A DNA stretch of 64,000 nt from Myxococcales bacterium (GTDB taxonomy: Bacteria; Myxococcota_A; Polyangia; Polyangiales; DASUME01): positions 704,001 through 768,000 of the forward strand of contig JASGJH010000001.1 of NCBI GenBank assembly GCA_047601445.1, in the 5' to 3' direction. The notes below the pieces were generated by a model. That model ran no database searches. It saw nothing but the letters and a program-made list of their open reading frames with translations, and was not told the DNA's origin. The translations under genes and the position numbers were made by a program. Of the stretch, positions 1-9,851 are shown piece after piece; the first letter of the stretch is position 1, and the number at the start of each line of letters is the position of its first letter.

Positions 1-1
1 C

Positions 2-820
2 GATCCCCACAACGGCATGCACAGCCTGTTCGCCTCGGTGTTGCCCGAGCACTTGTTCGCGGAGCGCCCAGGCCCTGCCTACGACGCCCCCTGGGACGAG
101 CGCTCGTGGAGCTCCTTCGAGCAGCTCATCACGCAGCACGCCGCGAGCCTGGCTGCCGTGATCCTCGAGCCCATCGTGCAAGGCGCAGGCGGCATGCGCT
201 TCTACCATCCCGAGTACCTACGCCGCGTGCGCGCGCTCTGCGACCGCCACGAAGTGCTGTTGATCCTCGACGAGATTGCCACGGGCTTTGGCCGTACCGG
301 TGAGCTGTTCGGCTGCCACCACGCGCAGGTCGCGCCTGACATCATGTGCGTTGGCAAGGCCCTCACGGGCGGCATGCTCAGCTTGGCCGCCACCCTGTGT
401 ACGGAGCGCGTGGCCGCTGCCATCGGGCGCGCATCGCCCGGCGTCTTCATGCACGGGCCCACATTCATGGCGAACCCCTTGGCCTGCGCCATCTCGCTGA
501 CCAGCCTCGAGCTCCTCTCGAACAGCCCCTGGCGCGAGCGCGTGAAGGCCATCGAAGCTCAGCTGCAGCGCGAGCTCGCCCCCCTTCGCGACCTGCCGCA
601 AGTGGCGGACGTGCGCGTGCTCGGGGCCATCGGCGTCGTCGAACTCGAGCGCCCCGTGGTGATGGCCGAGGTTCAGCCGGCTTTCGTCGACGAGGGCGTC
701 TGGCTGCGCCCCTTCGGCAAGCTCGTGTATTGCATGCCGCCCTATGTCATCGCTCCGGACGAGCTCGCCCGCATCACGGGCGCGATGGGCCGGGTGATCG
801 CGCGCATCGCTCACGCCTGA
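2..820 (+). CDS. bioA: Adenosylmethionine-8-amino-7-oxononanoate aminotransferase (5' part outside window)
   Basis: [37 protein letters not shown] Lys in [25 protein letters not shown]; frame is open to the window edge. Confidence 0.95.
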   Translation, partial: DPHNGMHSLFASVLPEHLFAERPGPAYDAPWDERSWSSFEQLITQHAASLAAVILEPIVQGAGGMRFYHPEYLRRVRALCDRHEVLLILDEIATGFGRTGELFGCHHAQVAPDIMCVGKALTGGMLSLAATLCTERVAAAIGRASPGVFMHGPTFMANPLACAISLTSLELLSNSPWRERVKAIEAQLQRELAPLRDLPQVADVRVLGAIGVVELERPVVMAEVQPAFVDEGVWLRPFGKLVYCMPPYVIAPDELARITGAMGRVIARIAHA

Positions 821-1749
821 GGGCGCGCAGCGTGGGCCGCGGCAGCCTCTCGCAAGGTCACGAAGCGATACCCGAGCGTCTTCAGCTTCACCAGCGCGCT
901 ACGCAGGGAGGCGCGCTTCTGCTCGTGTCCGAAGCGAAGGTCGGGCTGATAGCGTGTCAGCGGCAGCAGACCGTCGAGCGCCGCGTCGGCCAGGTCGATG
1001 CCGTGCAGCTCCAGATTCACGAACGGACGTGCGCTGGCCAGCTTCGCCAGGAGCGCCGCGCCAAGTTCTCCGGCGCTGACCACGTTGGTGCCGATGAAGG
1101 GCAAGCGGCCGCTCCAACCCGCGGTCACGCCGATGGGCAGCTCGAGCAGGCCCGCGCCCCGCCGGTAGTAGCGATCGGCGATGCGATAAGGGTCGGCGGG
1201 GGCCAACAGCACGCGCGGATCATCGACCAAGCTGCTGCTCCTGCGTCCCATCAAGCGCATCGCACCGATCACGCTGGTTTTGAGGGCATAGTAGCTAGGG
1301 CAAGGGAACACGCTCGAGTCGTAGGCTACGCCGGCCTGGTCGAGCACACGGAGCAGACCGTCCGTCATCGTGTATCCGGGGGCCCGAAAGCCCACGGGGC
1401 GAGCGCCCACGGCGCGTTCGATGGCCTCCGCTCCGCCTTCGACCTCGCGCCGCTGAACCGCAGCGGAACGACGCGTGAGATCGTAGTGGTGACTGAGCGA
1501 GTGATTGGCGATTTCGTGCCCAGCCTCGTGCAACAGGCGCAGCCGCCCGGCGTTCTCCGCCTTCGCCAGACTCGTCCCGATGGCGAAGAAGGTGGCCTTG
1601 ACGCCGAGCTCGTCGAACAAACCCACCAGCCGGGGGAGGGCGCGCACATAGATGGCGTCCATGCGCAGCTCCCCGGACGTCAGGCCGTGGATGGCTGCGT
1701 AGCAATCGATTTCGTCGAGATCGACCGAGATTGCCGCCAGCTTCGACAT
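811..1749 (-). CDS. Polysaccharide deacetylase (NodB/CE4-like) family protein
   Basis: [36 protein letters not shown] motifs; ATG at 1749 (alternative TTG at 1758). Confidence 0.85.
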   Translation of the reverse strand: MSKLAAISVDLDEIDCYAAIHGLTSGELRMDAIYVRALPRLVGLFDELGVKATFFAIGTSLAKAENAGRLRLLHEAGHEIANHSLSHHYDLTRRSAAVQRREVEGGAEAIERAVGARPVGFRAPGYTMTDGLLRVLDQAGVAYDSSVFPCPSYYALKTSVIGAMRLMGRRSSSLVDDPRVLLAPADPYRIADRYYRRGAGLLELPIGVTAGWSGRLPFIGTNVVSAGELGAALLAKLASARPFVNLELHGIDLADAALDGLLPLTRYQPDLRFGHEQKRASLRSALVKLKTLGYRFVTLREAAAAHAARPQA

Positions 1750-1754
1750 CGAGC

Positions 1755-2477
1755 TCAACCCTTGATGCGGATCGCCACCACCAGGCGCGCGATGCCCTTC
1801 AGGACGTTCGGCACCCGACGGAACAAGTGGATCGACGGGGGCCGCTTCTCGAGCACGCGCACGGGGATCTCCTGGATGCGCACCTGGTTACTACGCTCCG
1901 CGCGGATTACGAGCTCGCTCGCGAACAGGTCCTTGTCGACGATGCAGGACGCCACCACCCTCACCAGGGAAGCGCGGCGAAACGCCTTCAGGCCATGCGT
2001 GTCGGTGCCCTTGAAGCCAAGGCTCACCCGCAGCATTCCGTTGATCACCAGGGTCGCGAAGTGGCGCATGAAGGGCCGCTCGTCGCTCGAACTATCGAGC
2101 ACCTTGGAGCCCACCACCAGGTCGGCCTTTCCGCTGTGCAAGAGGGGCAGCGCCCGCTTGTAGAAGTCCGTGTCGCACAGGTCGATCTCGTCGCAGATCA
2201 CGATCTCGCCGCGTGCCTCTTCGATGCCGCGTTTGAGGGCCTTGCCGTAGTTGGGCTCGCCCAGGCTGAAGATGCGCACCTGCGGGAAGCGCTGGGAGAG
2301 CTCCTGGCCGAGCTTGACCGTGGCATCCTTCGAGCCGTTCTCGGCCAAGATCAGCTCGTATTCGAAGCCGAAGACCTGCAGCCTGTCGACCAGGTCTTTG
2401 ACGGCGGCTTCGAGGATCGCCTCTTCGTTGTAGACGGGAATGACGATCGAGACTTGCGGCGAAACGCTGGCGGGCAT
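1755..2477 (-). CDS. Glycosyltransferase family 2 (polyprenol-phosphate glycosyltransferase/DPM1-like)
   Basis: SIVIPVYNEE, ENGSKDAT, NYGKALKRG, DEID, DTHGLKAF. Confidence 0.85.
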   Translation of the reverse strand: MPASVSPQVSIVIPVYNEEAILEAAVKDLVDRLQVFGFEYELILAENGSKDATVKLGQELSQRFPQVRIFSLGEPNYGKALKRGIEEARGEIVICDEIDLCDTDFYKRALPLLHSGKADLVVGSKVLDSSSDERPFMRHFATLVINGMLRVSLGFKGTDTHGLKAFRRASLVRVVASCIVDKDLFASELVIRAERSNQVRIQEIPVRVLEKRPPSIHLFRRVPNVLKGIARLVVAIRIKG

Positions 2478-2503
2478 CCAAAGCTCCAAAAGTGGCCGCT
2501 ATC

Positions 2504-3556
2504 TTACTCCACGGAGCTGACGATGGCGTGGGCCTGGCTCAACTCGACGAGGGCGTCACCCAGGCATGCCGGCACCACCATCGAGCGCCCGCGCTCCGCG
2601 GTGGTACTACCGAGCCGAACCTTCCCCTCGAGGACCGTGATGCCCAGCAGCCGCTCGCTGGCCGGCAGGTTGAGCACGCCGGTCCCGGCCAGGCGCCCCA
2701 CACGCAGCCACTGGCTGTTCAGTCCCCCGTCGCCAGCAAGGGGAGTGAGGCTGGCTTTGCCGTGCACCTCGGCGGGCCCCGCCTGACGCCGGATTTCCCC
2801 GACGAACGCCGGCTCCTGAACCCGCTGCCAAGCCGTCACGGCCAGCGCGTGGTCCACGTGAAGGGGGCGCAGGCTGCCGTCAGGCGCCGCCCGGCCCTGG
2901 GCGTCGTAGCGGCGGTCCCAATCCCAGTAGCGGTAGGTGACCCCACGCAAGCCCGGCATCACGTGCTGGGGCTCCACCAGGGTCAGCCCCTCGCCGATGG
3001 CGTGCGGGGTCCCCGCATCGATCACGAAGAAATCACCGGGCTCCACCGGCACGAAACGCAGCAGCTCGCGCAGCGCTCCCTGGCCCCGCTCGAGCGCAGC
3101 GCGCACGTCCGCTTCCGACGTCCCCGGCTCGAATCCGAGGTAGAGGCCCGCACCGGGCTCCCGCGCCACCACGTACCAGCTCTCCGGCTTGCCGCATTCG
3201 CCCGTGGCCAGGCCCGCGTAGTCGTCGCTCGGGTGAATCTGGACGCTGAGCGGCTCCGCGGTGTCGATCAGCTTCACCAGAAGTGCGGTGCCCACGCGAC
3301 CACGCCGGTGCTCTTCGCCCAGCACGGCGGCCGGGTCGTGCCCGATGAACTCGGTCAGCAGGCTGCCATCCTCGAGTCGGGCCGGGAAATCCGGCTCCAC
3401 CGAGACTTCCCAGGACTCACCCACCACCAGGTCGCGCGCCCCATGTAACCAGTGCTGCTTGTAGTCCCGCGCCAGCCTCCGCCCGCCCCATGGTGTGCGC
3501 GAAGGCGGCGTGAAATTGTCGGCGCGCAGGAGGACTGGCTCGATGGCGGACGTCAC
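2504..3556 (-). CDS. Class I mannose-6-phosphate isomerase (cupin)
   Basis: PWGG, GESWEVS, LLVKLID, LSVQIHP, KPESW, AGTPHAIG motifs. Confidence 0.85.
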   Translation of the reverse strand: MTSAIEPVLLRADNFTPPSRTPWGGRRLARDYKQHWLHGARDLVVGESWEVSVEPDFPARLEDGSLLTEFIGHDPAAVLGEEHRRGRVGTALLVKLIDTAEPLSVQIHPSDDYAGLATGECGKPESWYVVAREPGAGLYLGFEPGTSEADVRAALERGQGALRELLRFVPVEPGDFFVIDAGTPHAIGEGLTLVEPQHVMPGLRGVTYRYWDWDRRYDAQGRAAPDGSLRPLHVDHALAVTAWQRVQEPAFVGEIRRQAGPAEVHGKASLTPLAGDGGLNSQWLRVGRLAGTGVLNLPASERLLGITVLEGKVRLGSTTAERGRSMVVPACLGDALVELSQAHAIVSSVE

Positions 3557-3577
3557 GCCCGCGAATCTATCACGTCG

Positions 3578-4495
3578 TCACCAGGGCAGCTTGAACAAGC
3601 CCCCGGCGAACAGCTGACCAACTTCCACACCCGACAGCTGCTGACCGTTCTCGCGTCGCACCCGCCGGATCAGCACTGCTCCCTCACCAGCGCGAATCAC
3701 CACGCCCTGCGTCGCCATCACCGCGTCGCCCACTTCCAGCACACGCGGCACTCTTCCGTCGTAGACCACCGCGGAGAGCACCTCCACGGGCTCGCTGCCG
3801 AGCGTGGTCGCGGCGCCGGGGTGGGGCGCCAGCGCGCGCACCAGGTTCACGATCTCGCTCGCCTCGGCCTGCCAGCGCAGCGTTTGCAGCTCGTCGTCGG
3901 GGCTGGGGGCCGCGCTCGCCGTGCCCTCCTCCTGGGCAACTCCCGCGAGGGGCTCTCCGCGTCCCAGCTGCTGGGCCGCCTCCACGAACAAGCGCAAGCT
4001 GGGCGAGTCCAGACGTTTTGCGAGCGTCCAAGCGTTGAGTGCGGGGGCGATGGCGATCCGATGCTGCGCGACGATGTCCCCCGTGTCGTACTCGCGGGCC
4101 AGTCGATGCAGCGTCACGCCACTGTATGCGTCGCCACGAAACAGCGCCCAGAAGTACGGATCCGGTCCACGCCAACGGGGCAGCAGTGAGGGGTGCACGC
4201 CGAACGCGCCGCGCGGGGCCAAATCAAGTACGTCCTGCGGGATGAGGAAGGGCCAAAACCAGCTCAGGATCACGTCTGGTCGTGCGCTCGAAATCGCCCG
4301 TAAAACCTCGGTCGAAGTGAGGTCCGGGCGCGCCAGCACCAAGGTTCCGTGCGCAAACGTCCGGCGCACGCGTCGTGCACCCGGGGCGTCCGGATGACCG
4401 AGCGCGATGACGCAGGGGGAGACCCCGGCTTGGTGCAGGGCGAGCGCGCCCAGAGGCAAACCGAAGTAGGCGACGCGCAAGGGAAGGCTCGACAT
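3578..4495 (-). CDS. Formyltransferase (Fmt/ArnA-N-like fold)
   Basis: HPSLLPRWRG, GVTLH, YDTGDI, C-terminal VRALAPHPGA; N-terminus and the residue before VH differ from canonical Fmt. Confidence 0.8.
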   Translation of the reverse strand: MSSLPLRVAYFGLPLGALALHQAGVSPCVIALGHPDAPGARRVRRTFAHGTLVLARPDLTSTEVLRAISSARPDVILSWFWPFLIPQDVLDLAPRGAFGVHPSLLPRWRGPDPYFWALFRGDAYSGVTLHRLAREYDTGDIVAQHRIAIAPALNAWTLAKRLDSPSLRLFVEAAQQLGRGEPLAGVAQEEGTASAAPSPDDELQTLRWQAEASEIVNLVRALAPHPGAATTLGSEPVEVLSAVVYDGRVPRVLEVGDAVMATQGVVIRAGEGAVLIRRVRRENGQQLSGVEVGQLFAGGLFKLPW

Positions 4496-4526
4496 GGCCA
4501 GGCAGCTGCGTTATGCCGCTTGCCCG

Positions 4527-4931
4527 GTGTCTTTACAAACCCCGACGATCCGAGTCGTGGCCGCCATGGTCGAGAGGGGAGGTCGCTACCTGATCACGCA
4601 GCGACGCCCGAGCGCAGTCCTGCCGCTGCTGTGGGAGTTCCCGGGGGGCCGGGTCGAGGTCGGCGAAGACGACCAAGGGGCGCTCCAGCGCGAGCTCAAG
4701 GAGCGACTCGACACGGACGTATCCGTGGGCCAGCTCATCTCCTACGTCAGTCACCGCTACGAGCACTACACCGTCGAGCTCTACCTCTACGAGTGCAAGC
4801 TCACGAGCGAGACGCTCTCGGCACGGAACGTGAACGATCTCCGCTGGGTGCGCTCCGAAGAGTTCGACCTCTACGAGTTCACGCCAGCCGACGAAGCGTC
4901 CATGACCAAGCTCTTGGGGGTGGCTACATGA
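4527..4931 (+). CDS. NUDIX hydrolase, MutT/NudG-like (d)NTP pyrophosphohydrolase
   Basis: WEFPGGRVEVGE...LQRELKE Nudix box; start uncertain (GTG 4527 or ATG 4494). Confidence 0.85.
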   Translation: MSLQTPTIRVVAAMVERGGRYLITQRRPSAVLPLLWEFPGGRVEVGEDDQGALQRELKERLDTDVSVGQLISYVSHRYEHYTVELYLYECKLTSETLSARNVNDLRWVRSEEFDLYEFTPADEASMTKLLGVAT

Positions 4932-5458
4932 GCGCGCCGCGTCTTGTGCCCTGCCTCCTGCTGTGCGCGCTGAGTGCGTGTGAAGCCGCACCTGTTGCGA
5001 GCAAGTCCGAGGCCAGCAAGTCGGCAACCCATGAGTCGGCGTCGACGCCGGTCGCCGAGAGGCCTGCGGAGCCCGCTGCGCCTGCGGCCGCCGAACGAAC
5101 CTTTGGCGCACCCCTGACGCAGCAAACGGCCGTGCCCGTCTCCGAGGTGTTGGCGAACCCGGAGCCCTTGCTCGGCAAGGTGGTGCAGTGCAGCGGCGTG
5201 GTCGCACGCGTGTGCGAGCGTGCGGGTTGCTGGCTCGAGCTGCGCGCAGAAGGAAGCCCGGCCAGCGAGGGCTTGCGCGTGCCCATGGCGCGCCACGCGT
5301 TCTTCATCCCTCAGGACGCCGTGGGTCGCCCGGCCATCGTCGAGGGGGAGCTGAGTGCACGTGAGCTCGGCGCGGGGGAACGCGCGCATCTGGAGGGCGA
5401 GGGGCTCAAAGCCATTGGACCACTCTCGCTATCGGCCTCGGGCGTTGTGATACGCTGA
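4928..5458 (+). CDS. DUF4920-like lipoprotein
   Basis: Lipobox LSAC, Ala/Pro linker, VCERAGCWLEL motif; ATGA overlap with the upstream NUDIX gene. Confidence 0.7.
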   Translation: MSAPRLVPCLLLCALSACEAAPVASKSEASKSATHESASTPVAERPAEPAAPAAAERTFGAPLTQQTAVPVSEVLANPEPLLGKVVQCSGVVARVCERAGCWLELRAEGSPASEGLRVPMARHAFFIPQDAVGRPAIVEGELSARELGAGERAHLEGEGLKAIGPLSLSASGVVIR

Positions 5459-5464
5459 AGCGGC

Positions 5465-6139
5465 TTGTCTGCCCCTGACGTCTGTCCCTGCTGTCACGGA
5501 GAGCTCGCGAAGGCATCCGCGCGCTGTCGGCGCTGTACCGCGGCGGTCGGGGAAGAAAATCGCTGTCCACGCTGTCACGCCTACGCGGCGGTCATCGAGC
5601 GTTCGAGCGGCTATCACTGCGGTGCTTGCGGCGCCCCGCGTGAACGCATGGCCCAGACCCAGTGTCTGTCCGACGCCGAGCTCCTGCAGGCCCTGGAGCC
5701 ACGTCCTCCGCAACGCCATGCCCTGTGGGCTGCGCTCGCGGCGTTACCGTTCCTGATCGCCAGCCTGGCGCTGCGTTCGGTGCTTCCGGAGATGCGCTGG
5801 CTGCTCGCTCTCGCGGGCGGCTTCGTGCTGCTCTGTGTGTTCGCCTATCGACAGCGCTCCCGGCGCCTTCAGGAACGTCGCCGCGCGTTCGAGATCGAAC
5901 AACGCATCATCGGTCTCGCGTATCAAACGGACGGTGTGCTGCGTGAGCAGGAGGTCTCCACGCGGCTGCGCATCTCGCTGGTCGAGGCTCGTTTGACCCT
6001 GGAGGAGTTGGCCCGTCAGGAGCGCGCCGTCGCCTACGGGCAAGGCCACGCCGTCTCCGAGTTCCGCTTCGGGGAGGCGCGCCGTACCCGCGCCATTCGC
6101 CGACGCTCGCCACCCCCCAAGCAGGATCAGTCGTCGTAG
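5465..6139 (+). CDS. Hypothetical membrane protein with N-terminal zinc ribbons
   Basis: Four CxxC pairs (CPCC, CRRC, CPRC, CGAC), two hydrophobic helices, C-terminal wHTH-like segment; TTG start. Confidence 0.6.
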   Translation: MSAPDVCPCCHGELAKASARCRRCTAAVGEENRCPRCHAYAAVIERSSGYHCGACGAPRERMAQTQCLSDAELLQALEPRPPQRHALWAALAALPFLIASLALRSVLPEMRWLLALAGGFVLLCVFAYRQRSRRLQERRRAFEIEQRIIGLAYQTDGVLREQEVSTRLRISLVEARLTLEELARQERAVAYGQGHAVSEFRFGEARRTRAIRRRSPPPKQDQSS

Positions 6140-6867
6140 AACATCGGTGCGCGCTTGCGGATGAAGCGCAGGATCAGCTCGCGATTGTCGGCCGGCAGCG
6201 CCTCGAACTTCACGCCCATACCGGGCTCCGCCTCGGCGGACAGGTCCATCGGATCGCGCACGAAGTGCACGCGGCCCGGCAGCTTGAACTCGTAGCCGCC
6301 CGGCAGATTGACCAGCACGTACACCAGGGTGTCGACGTCCAGGGTGTTGTAGGTGGCCACGAATACGCCGCCCTCGGCGATCTCACCGGAGAAACCCACG
6401 TAGAAGTTGGTCTCGGAGCTCGCTCCCAGGTTCGCCTCCACTTCCTGGCGCGGACCGGGCGCGATGACGGGCGGGACCGACGCACCCTTGGGCGCGGCAC
6501 CCTTGGGCGCGATGGAGACGCGGGCCGGCGCCGGGAACATGCTCGGCACCACCGTGAGCGGGTGCAGTCGGCTCATGGCTCCCGCGATCGTTGCCGTGGC
6601 CACACCGACGCCGCGGTGGTTGGTCTTGACGTCCTGGAGCAGGGCCATGGTCTGGCTCAGCGAACCCAGGGCGTTTCGGATGGACACTTTGCCCGCGCGC
6701 TCGTCGCTCGCCTTCTCCGCGTCGAACAGCGCTCCCACCGCCTGGGCGATGTTCTGGGCCACACTCATCACGTCAGGGGGAGTGTTCGGATCTTCTTGCA
6801 GACCAGCCAGTGCCTTGCCCAGCTCTTCGCGCGCCCCGCGCGCAACGTCCGCTCCAGAGTAACTCAT
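6127..6867 (-). CDS. TIGR02266-type PilZ-like domain protein (degenerate c-di-GMP motifs) with N-terminal helical domain
   Basis: NFYVGFSGEIAEGGVFVAT...PGMGVKF...RFIRKRAPMFYD is typical of myxobacterial TIGR02266 proteins; RBS GAGG upstream. Confidence 0.8.
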   Translation of the reverse strand: MSYSGADVARGAREELGKALAGLQEDPNTPPDVMSVAQNIAQAVGALFDAEKASDERAGKVSIRNALGSLSQTMALLQDVKTNHRGVGVATATIAGAMSRLHPLTVVPSMFPAPARVSIAPKGAAPKGASVPPVIAPGPRQEVEANLGASSETNFYVGFSGEIAEGGVFVATYNTLDVDTLVYVLVNLPGGYEFKLPGRVHFVRDPMDLSAEAEPGMGVKFEALPADNRELILRFIRKRAPMFYDD

Positions 6868-7132
6868 CGATCTTCCTCATCCCTCAAGCTGCGCCGTGAC
6901 CGCTGTGGCTCGACTGACCGAGTCGCGCGCCGGCTCCAGCACACGCGCACAAAACACCGGCCCAGCATAACGTTCCCGTGGGCTGCATTCCAGTCTCTCT
7001 CTATCCCGGGATGGGTCCGCGGGGCATTCTTGCTCGCTGACCATCCGTTCCCCCCGGGAGCCAGGGATAAACGGGCGGCCTGCAAAGGGTCGCTCCCAGG
7101 GCCCTTCGACCGGTCCGTCCTTTGGGGCGAAA

Positions 7133-7567
7133 TCAGAGCGACTTCGTAAAGACCATTCGGGCGCGCCCGGGGCCGGCGTAGTCGGGGACCTCGCGCGCCT
7201 CGAAGCCCAGGGCGGTGTGGAACTTCCACGAGGCCTCGTGACCCACCATGCCGATCGCCTTGATGGTCCTGAAGCCGGCCCGCCTACAGGCCGCCTCGAA
7301 GTGCTGGTAGAGGCTTTTCCCCACGCCGTGACGACGAGCGTTGGGATCGATGCCCACGAGGTGAACGTACCCGACGCCCGAAGCGGGCACCGCCAGGCCG
7401 AGCAGGAAACCCACCACGCGCCCGTCGACCTCGGCGATCAGCGCATGCTCACCGAGCTCGTGGAAGAAAAACGGACTTGCGCGCTCGGTGGAGGGGCCGC
7501 CCCACCATGCGTCGAAGACGGACACGATATAGTCGAAGTCCTGTTTGGTGATGCCTCGGACGATCAT
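7133..7567 (-). CDS. GNAT family acetyltransferase
   Basis: GYVHLVGIDPNARRHGVGKSLY acetyl-CoA motif A; KFHTALGF. Confidence 0.85.
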   Translation of the reverse strand: MIVRGITKQDFDYIVSVFDAWWGGPSTERASPFFFHELGEHALIAEVDGRVVGFLLGLAVPASGVGYVHLVGIDPNARRHGVGKSLYQHFEAACRRAGFRTIKAIGMVGHEASWKFHTALGFEAREVPDYAGPGRARMVFTKSL

Positions 7568-7647
7568 GTCTTTCCGCTGGGCCACATGCGCTCCCACATC
7601 AAACCACCCTCTGCGCGGCGGAATCGCGCGCAAGATAGCAGCGATCG

Positions 7648-8253
7648 ATGACTGATAACCAGGTACTTTTCTGTCCCTTCTGCCGCGAGAGCTTCGAGGG
7701 ACGAACCACCTGCCCGGAACATGATCTGACCCTCGTGGACTTCGCGAAATTGGGGCCCGATCCGCTCGAGCCGGACAACATGCCGGAGGTCATCGACGAA
7801 ACGCCGTTGGCGCTCGTGGAGCCCACGTTCGGCCGCGGCTACGTGGCGGCCGGCGCATTCCTCAACGCGCTCGCACTGGCCTGCAACTTCGTGCGCGGCT
7901 CGAGCGCCTCTCCGGGCGTGAGCACGCGGGATCTCGCCGTAACGTTGCCGAGCCTGTGGACGCTGGGCCTGGTGAGCTTCACGTTGCTCTTCATCCTGCA
8001 GCGCCGCCGCACGCCGCGCGCGCTGCGTAGCGTGCGCGTGTTGGTGCCCGTGCTGGCGTTCGTTTCTCCGCTCACGGCGGCCTGGGCGTTCCATCGCTTG
8101 AGCGAAGGCGTGCTCGTGTGGTCCACGGGCGAACGCGCGCTCCATCCAGTGCCCGGTCTCGCCCTCTATCTCATTGTCCTGGCGTCCGCGCTCATCTTCT
8201 TCGGCGGCCTGCGCCTCGGTGTGCTTCCCAAGCGCAAGGAACTGCGTGTCTAG
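7648..8253 (+). CDS. Hypothetical membrane protein with N-terminal CxxC...CxxH zinc ribbon
   Basis: FCPFCRE...CPEHD followed by about four hydrophobic segments. Confidence 0.65.
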   Translation: MTDNQVLFCPFCRESFEGRTTCPEHDLTLVDFAKLGPDPLEPDNMPEVIDETPLALVEPTFGRGYVAAGAFLNALALACNFVRGSSASPGVSTRDLAVTLPSLWTLGLVSFTLLFILQRRRTPRALRSVRVLVPVLAFVSPLTAAWAFHRLSEGVLVWSTGERALHPVPGLALYLIVLASALIFFGGLRLGVLPKRKELRV

Positions 8254-8259
8254 TCGAGG

Positions 8260-9012
8260 TCAGTAGGCGCGCTTGAAGGACCAGGCCGCCGTGCCCACCG
8301 TCAAGCAGGCGAAGCCGCAGATCACCGCCAGGTTCAGCGCCATTCCGTGCTGCCCCACGCCGATCAACACCTGTCTCAGCGCGTCCACCGCGTAGGTGAT
8401 GGGGTTGAGGCGGATCAAGGCCTGGAGCCAGCTCGGCGCGTCGTTCACCGGATACATGGAGCCAGACAGGAAGAACAAGGGGAGGGCCACCAGGTTGGCC
8501 AGGTTCGAGAAGCCCTCGAACGTCTTCAAGCGCGCCGCGATGCACAGCGCGAGGCCCACCACCGAGGCGCTCGTCACGAACACGATCGCCAACGTCGGCA
8601 ACAGGCCGGCCCAGCGCACCGGCACGCCCACGAGCGGAGAAAAGAGCAGGGTCAACAGGGCCTGGAGGCCCGTCGTCAAGGTGCCTGCCAGCACCTTTCC
8701 CAGCACGATGGAGAGCCGCGACACGGGAGCGATCAGGACCTCCTTGAGGAAGCCGAACTCGCGATCCCAGACGGTGGAGACGCCCGCAAACAAGCCGCTG
8801 AACAGCACGGTCATGGCCACGATGCCCGGCAGCAGATACGCCGCGTAGGAGACCCCCGTTTGGGCCCGAAACGCGTTGTGCATGCCGCTGCCCAGGAAGA
8901 TCAGCCACAGCACGGGGCGCGCCAACGACGCGTACAGCGCGCTGCGCTCGCGCGAGAAGCGGAGCAGCTCCCGCTTGCACAGGGCGTAGATGGTCTCGAG
9001 ACTTCGCATCAT
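8260..9012 (-). CDS. ABC-2 type transporter permease
   Basis: DREFGFLKEVLIAP, LNPITYAVDALR, six TM segments. Confidence 0.9.
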   Translation of the reverse strand: MMRSLETIYALCKRELLRFSRERSALYASLARPVLWLIFLGSGMHNAFRAQTGVSYAAYLLPGIVAMTVLFSGLFAGVSTVWDREFGFLKEVLIAPVSRLSIVLGKVLAGTLTTGLQALLTLLFSPLVGVPVRWAGLLPTLAIVFVTSASVVGLALCIAARLKTFEGFSNLANLVALPLFFLSGSMYPVNDAPSWLQALIRLNPITYAVDALRQVLIGVGQHGMALNLAVICGFACLTVGTAAWSFKRAY

Positions 9013-9836
9013 CAGCGAAATCTCCCGCGGCGCTGGACTTCGCGGCGTGCGTGGTCGCGGCTCGAGGCTTCCTCTTCACGGATGGCCGAGCCCGTGAGGT
9101 ACACGAACACGTCCTCCAACGCGGCTTTGCCATGGGCGAGCTCGGGCGGCAGGCGCGCTTTCAGCTCGCTGGGGCTGCCCTGCGCCACCACCTGCCCGCG
9201 GTCCACGATGGTCACGGCGTCGGCGCTCTCGACCTCCTCGAGGTAGTGCGTGGTCAAGAACACCGTCATGCCGCGCTGCTGCCGCAATTCCGACAGGTGT
9301 TGCCAAAAGCTGCGCCGGGTCTGTGGGTCGAGCCCTGCGGTCGGCTCGTCCAGGAACAACACCTCGGGCTCGTGCAGCAGCACCCGCGCCAATTCCAGCC
9401 TGCGGCGCATGCCTCCGCTGTAGCCGCGCACGATGTTGCCAATGCTCGCCCCCAGGCCCGTCAGTTGCACGGCTTGATCCATGCGGCGCTTGCGCTCGCC
9501 GCGCGGCACGCCGTAGACCAGCGCATGCAGCTCCAGGTTTTCGAGGCCCGTCAGGCGGTCGTCGACGCAGGGATCCTGGAACAACACGCCGATCTTGGCG
9601 CGTACCCGGTCGGGTGTGCGGGCCACGTCGAAGCCCGCCACGCGCGCGCTGCCGGCGCTGGGTGAACGCAGGGTGCAGAGCACCGACACCGTGGTCGATT
9701 TGCCGGCGCCGTTGGGCCCGAGAAAGCCGAACAACGAACAACGCGGTACCCGAAAGCTGACCCCATCGACTGCGACGAAGTCGCCAAAGCGAACCGAAAG
9801 GCGATCACAGACGATGGCGTCGTCGTCGCGGCTCAC
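9012..9836 (-). CDS. ABC exporter ATP-binding protein (DrrA-like)
   Basis: GPNGAGKST, YSGGMRRR, FLDEPTAGLDP, TTHYLEE. Confidence 0.92.
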   Translation of the reverse strand: MSRDDDAIVCDRLSVRFGDFVAVDGVSFRVPRCSLFGFLGPNGAGKSTTVSVLCTLRSPSAGSARVAGFDVARTPDRVRAKIGVLFQDPCVDDRLTGLENLELHALVYGVPRGERKRRMDQAVQLTGLGASIGNIVRGYSGGMRRRLELARVLLHEPEVLFLDEPTAGLDPQTRRSFWQHLSELRQQRGMTVFLTTHYLEEVESADAVTIVDRGQVVAQGSPSELKARLPPELAHGKAALEDVFVYLTGSAIREEEASSRDHARREVQRRGRFR

Positions 9837-9851
9837 GAGAGCTCCCGTCCT

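Noticed and set aside
4493..4496. Head-to-head overlapping ATG starts of the formyltransferase and NUDIX genes
   Set aside because: The NUDIX gene more plausibly starts at GTG 4527, leaving a short ordinary divergent gap
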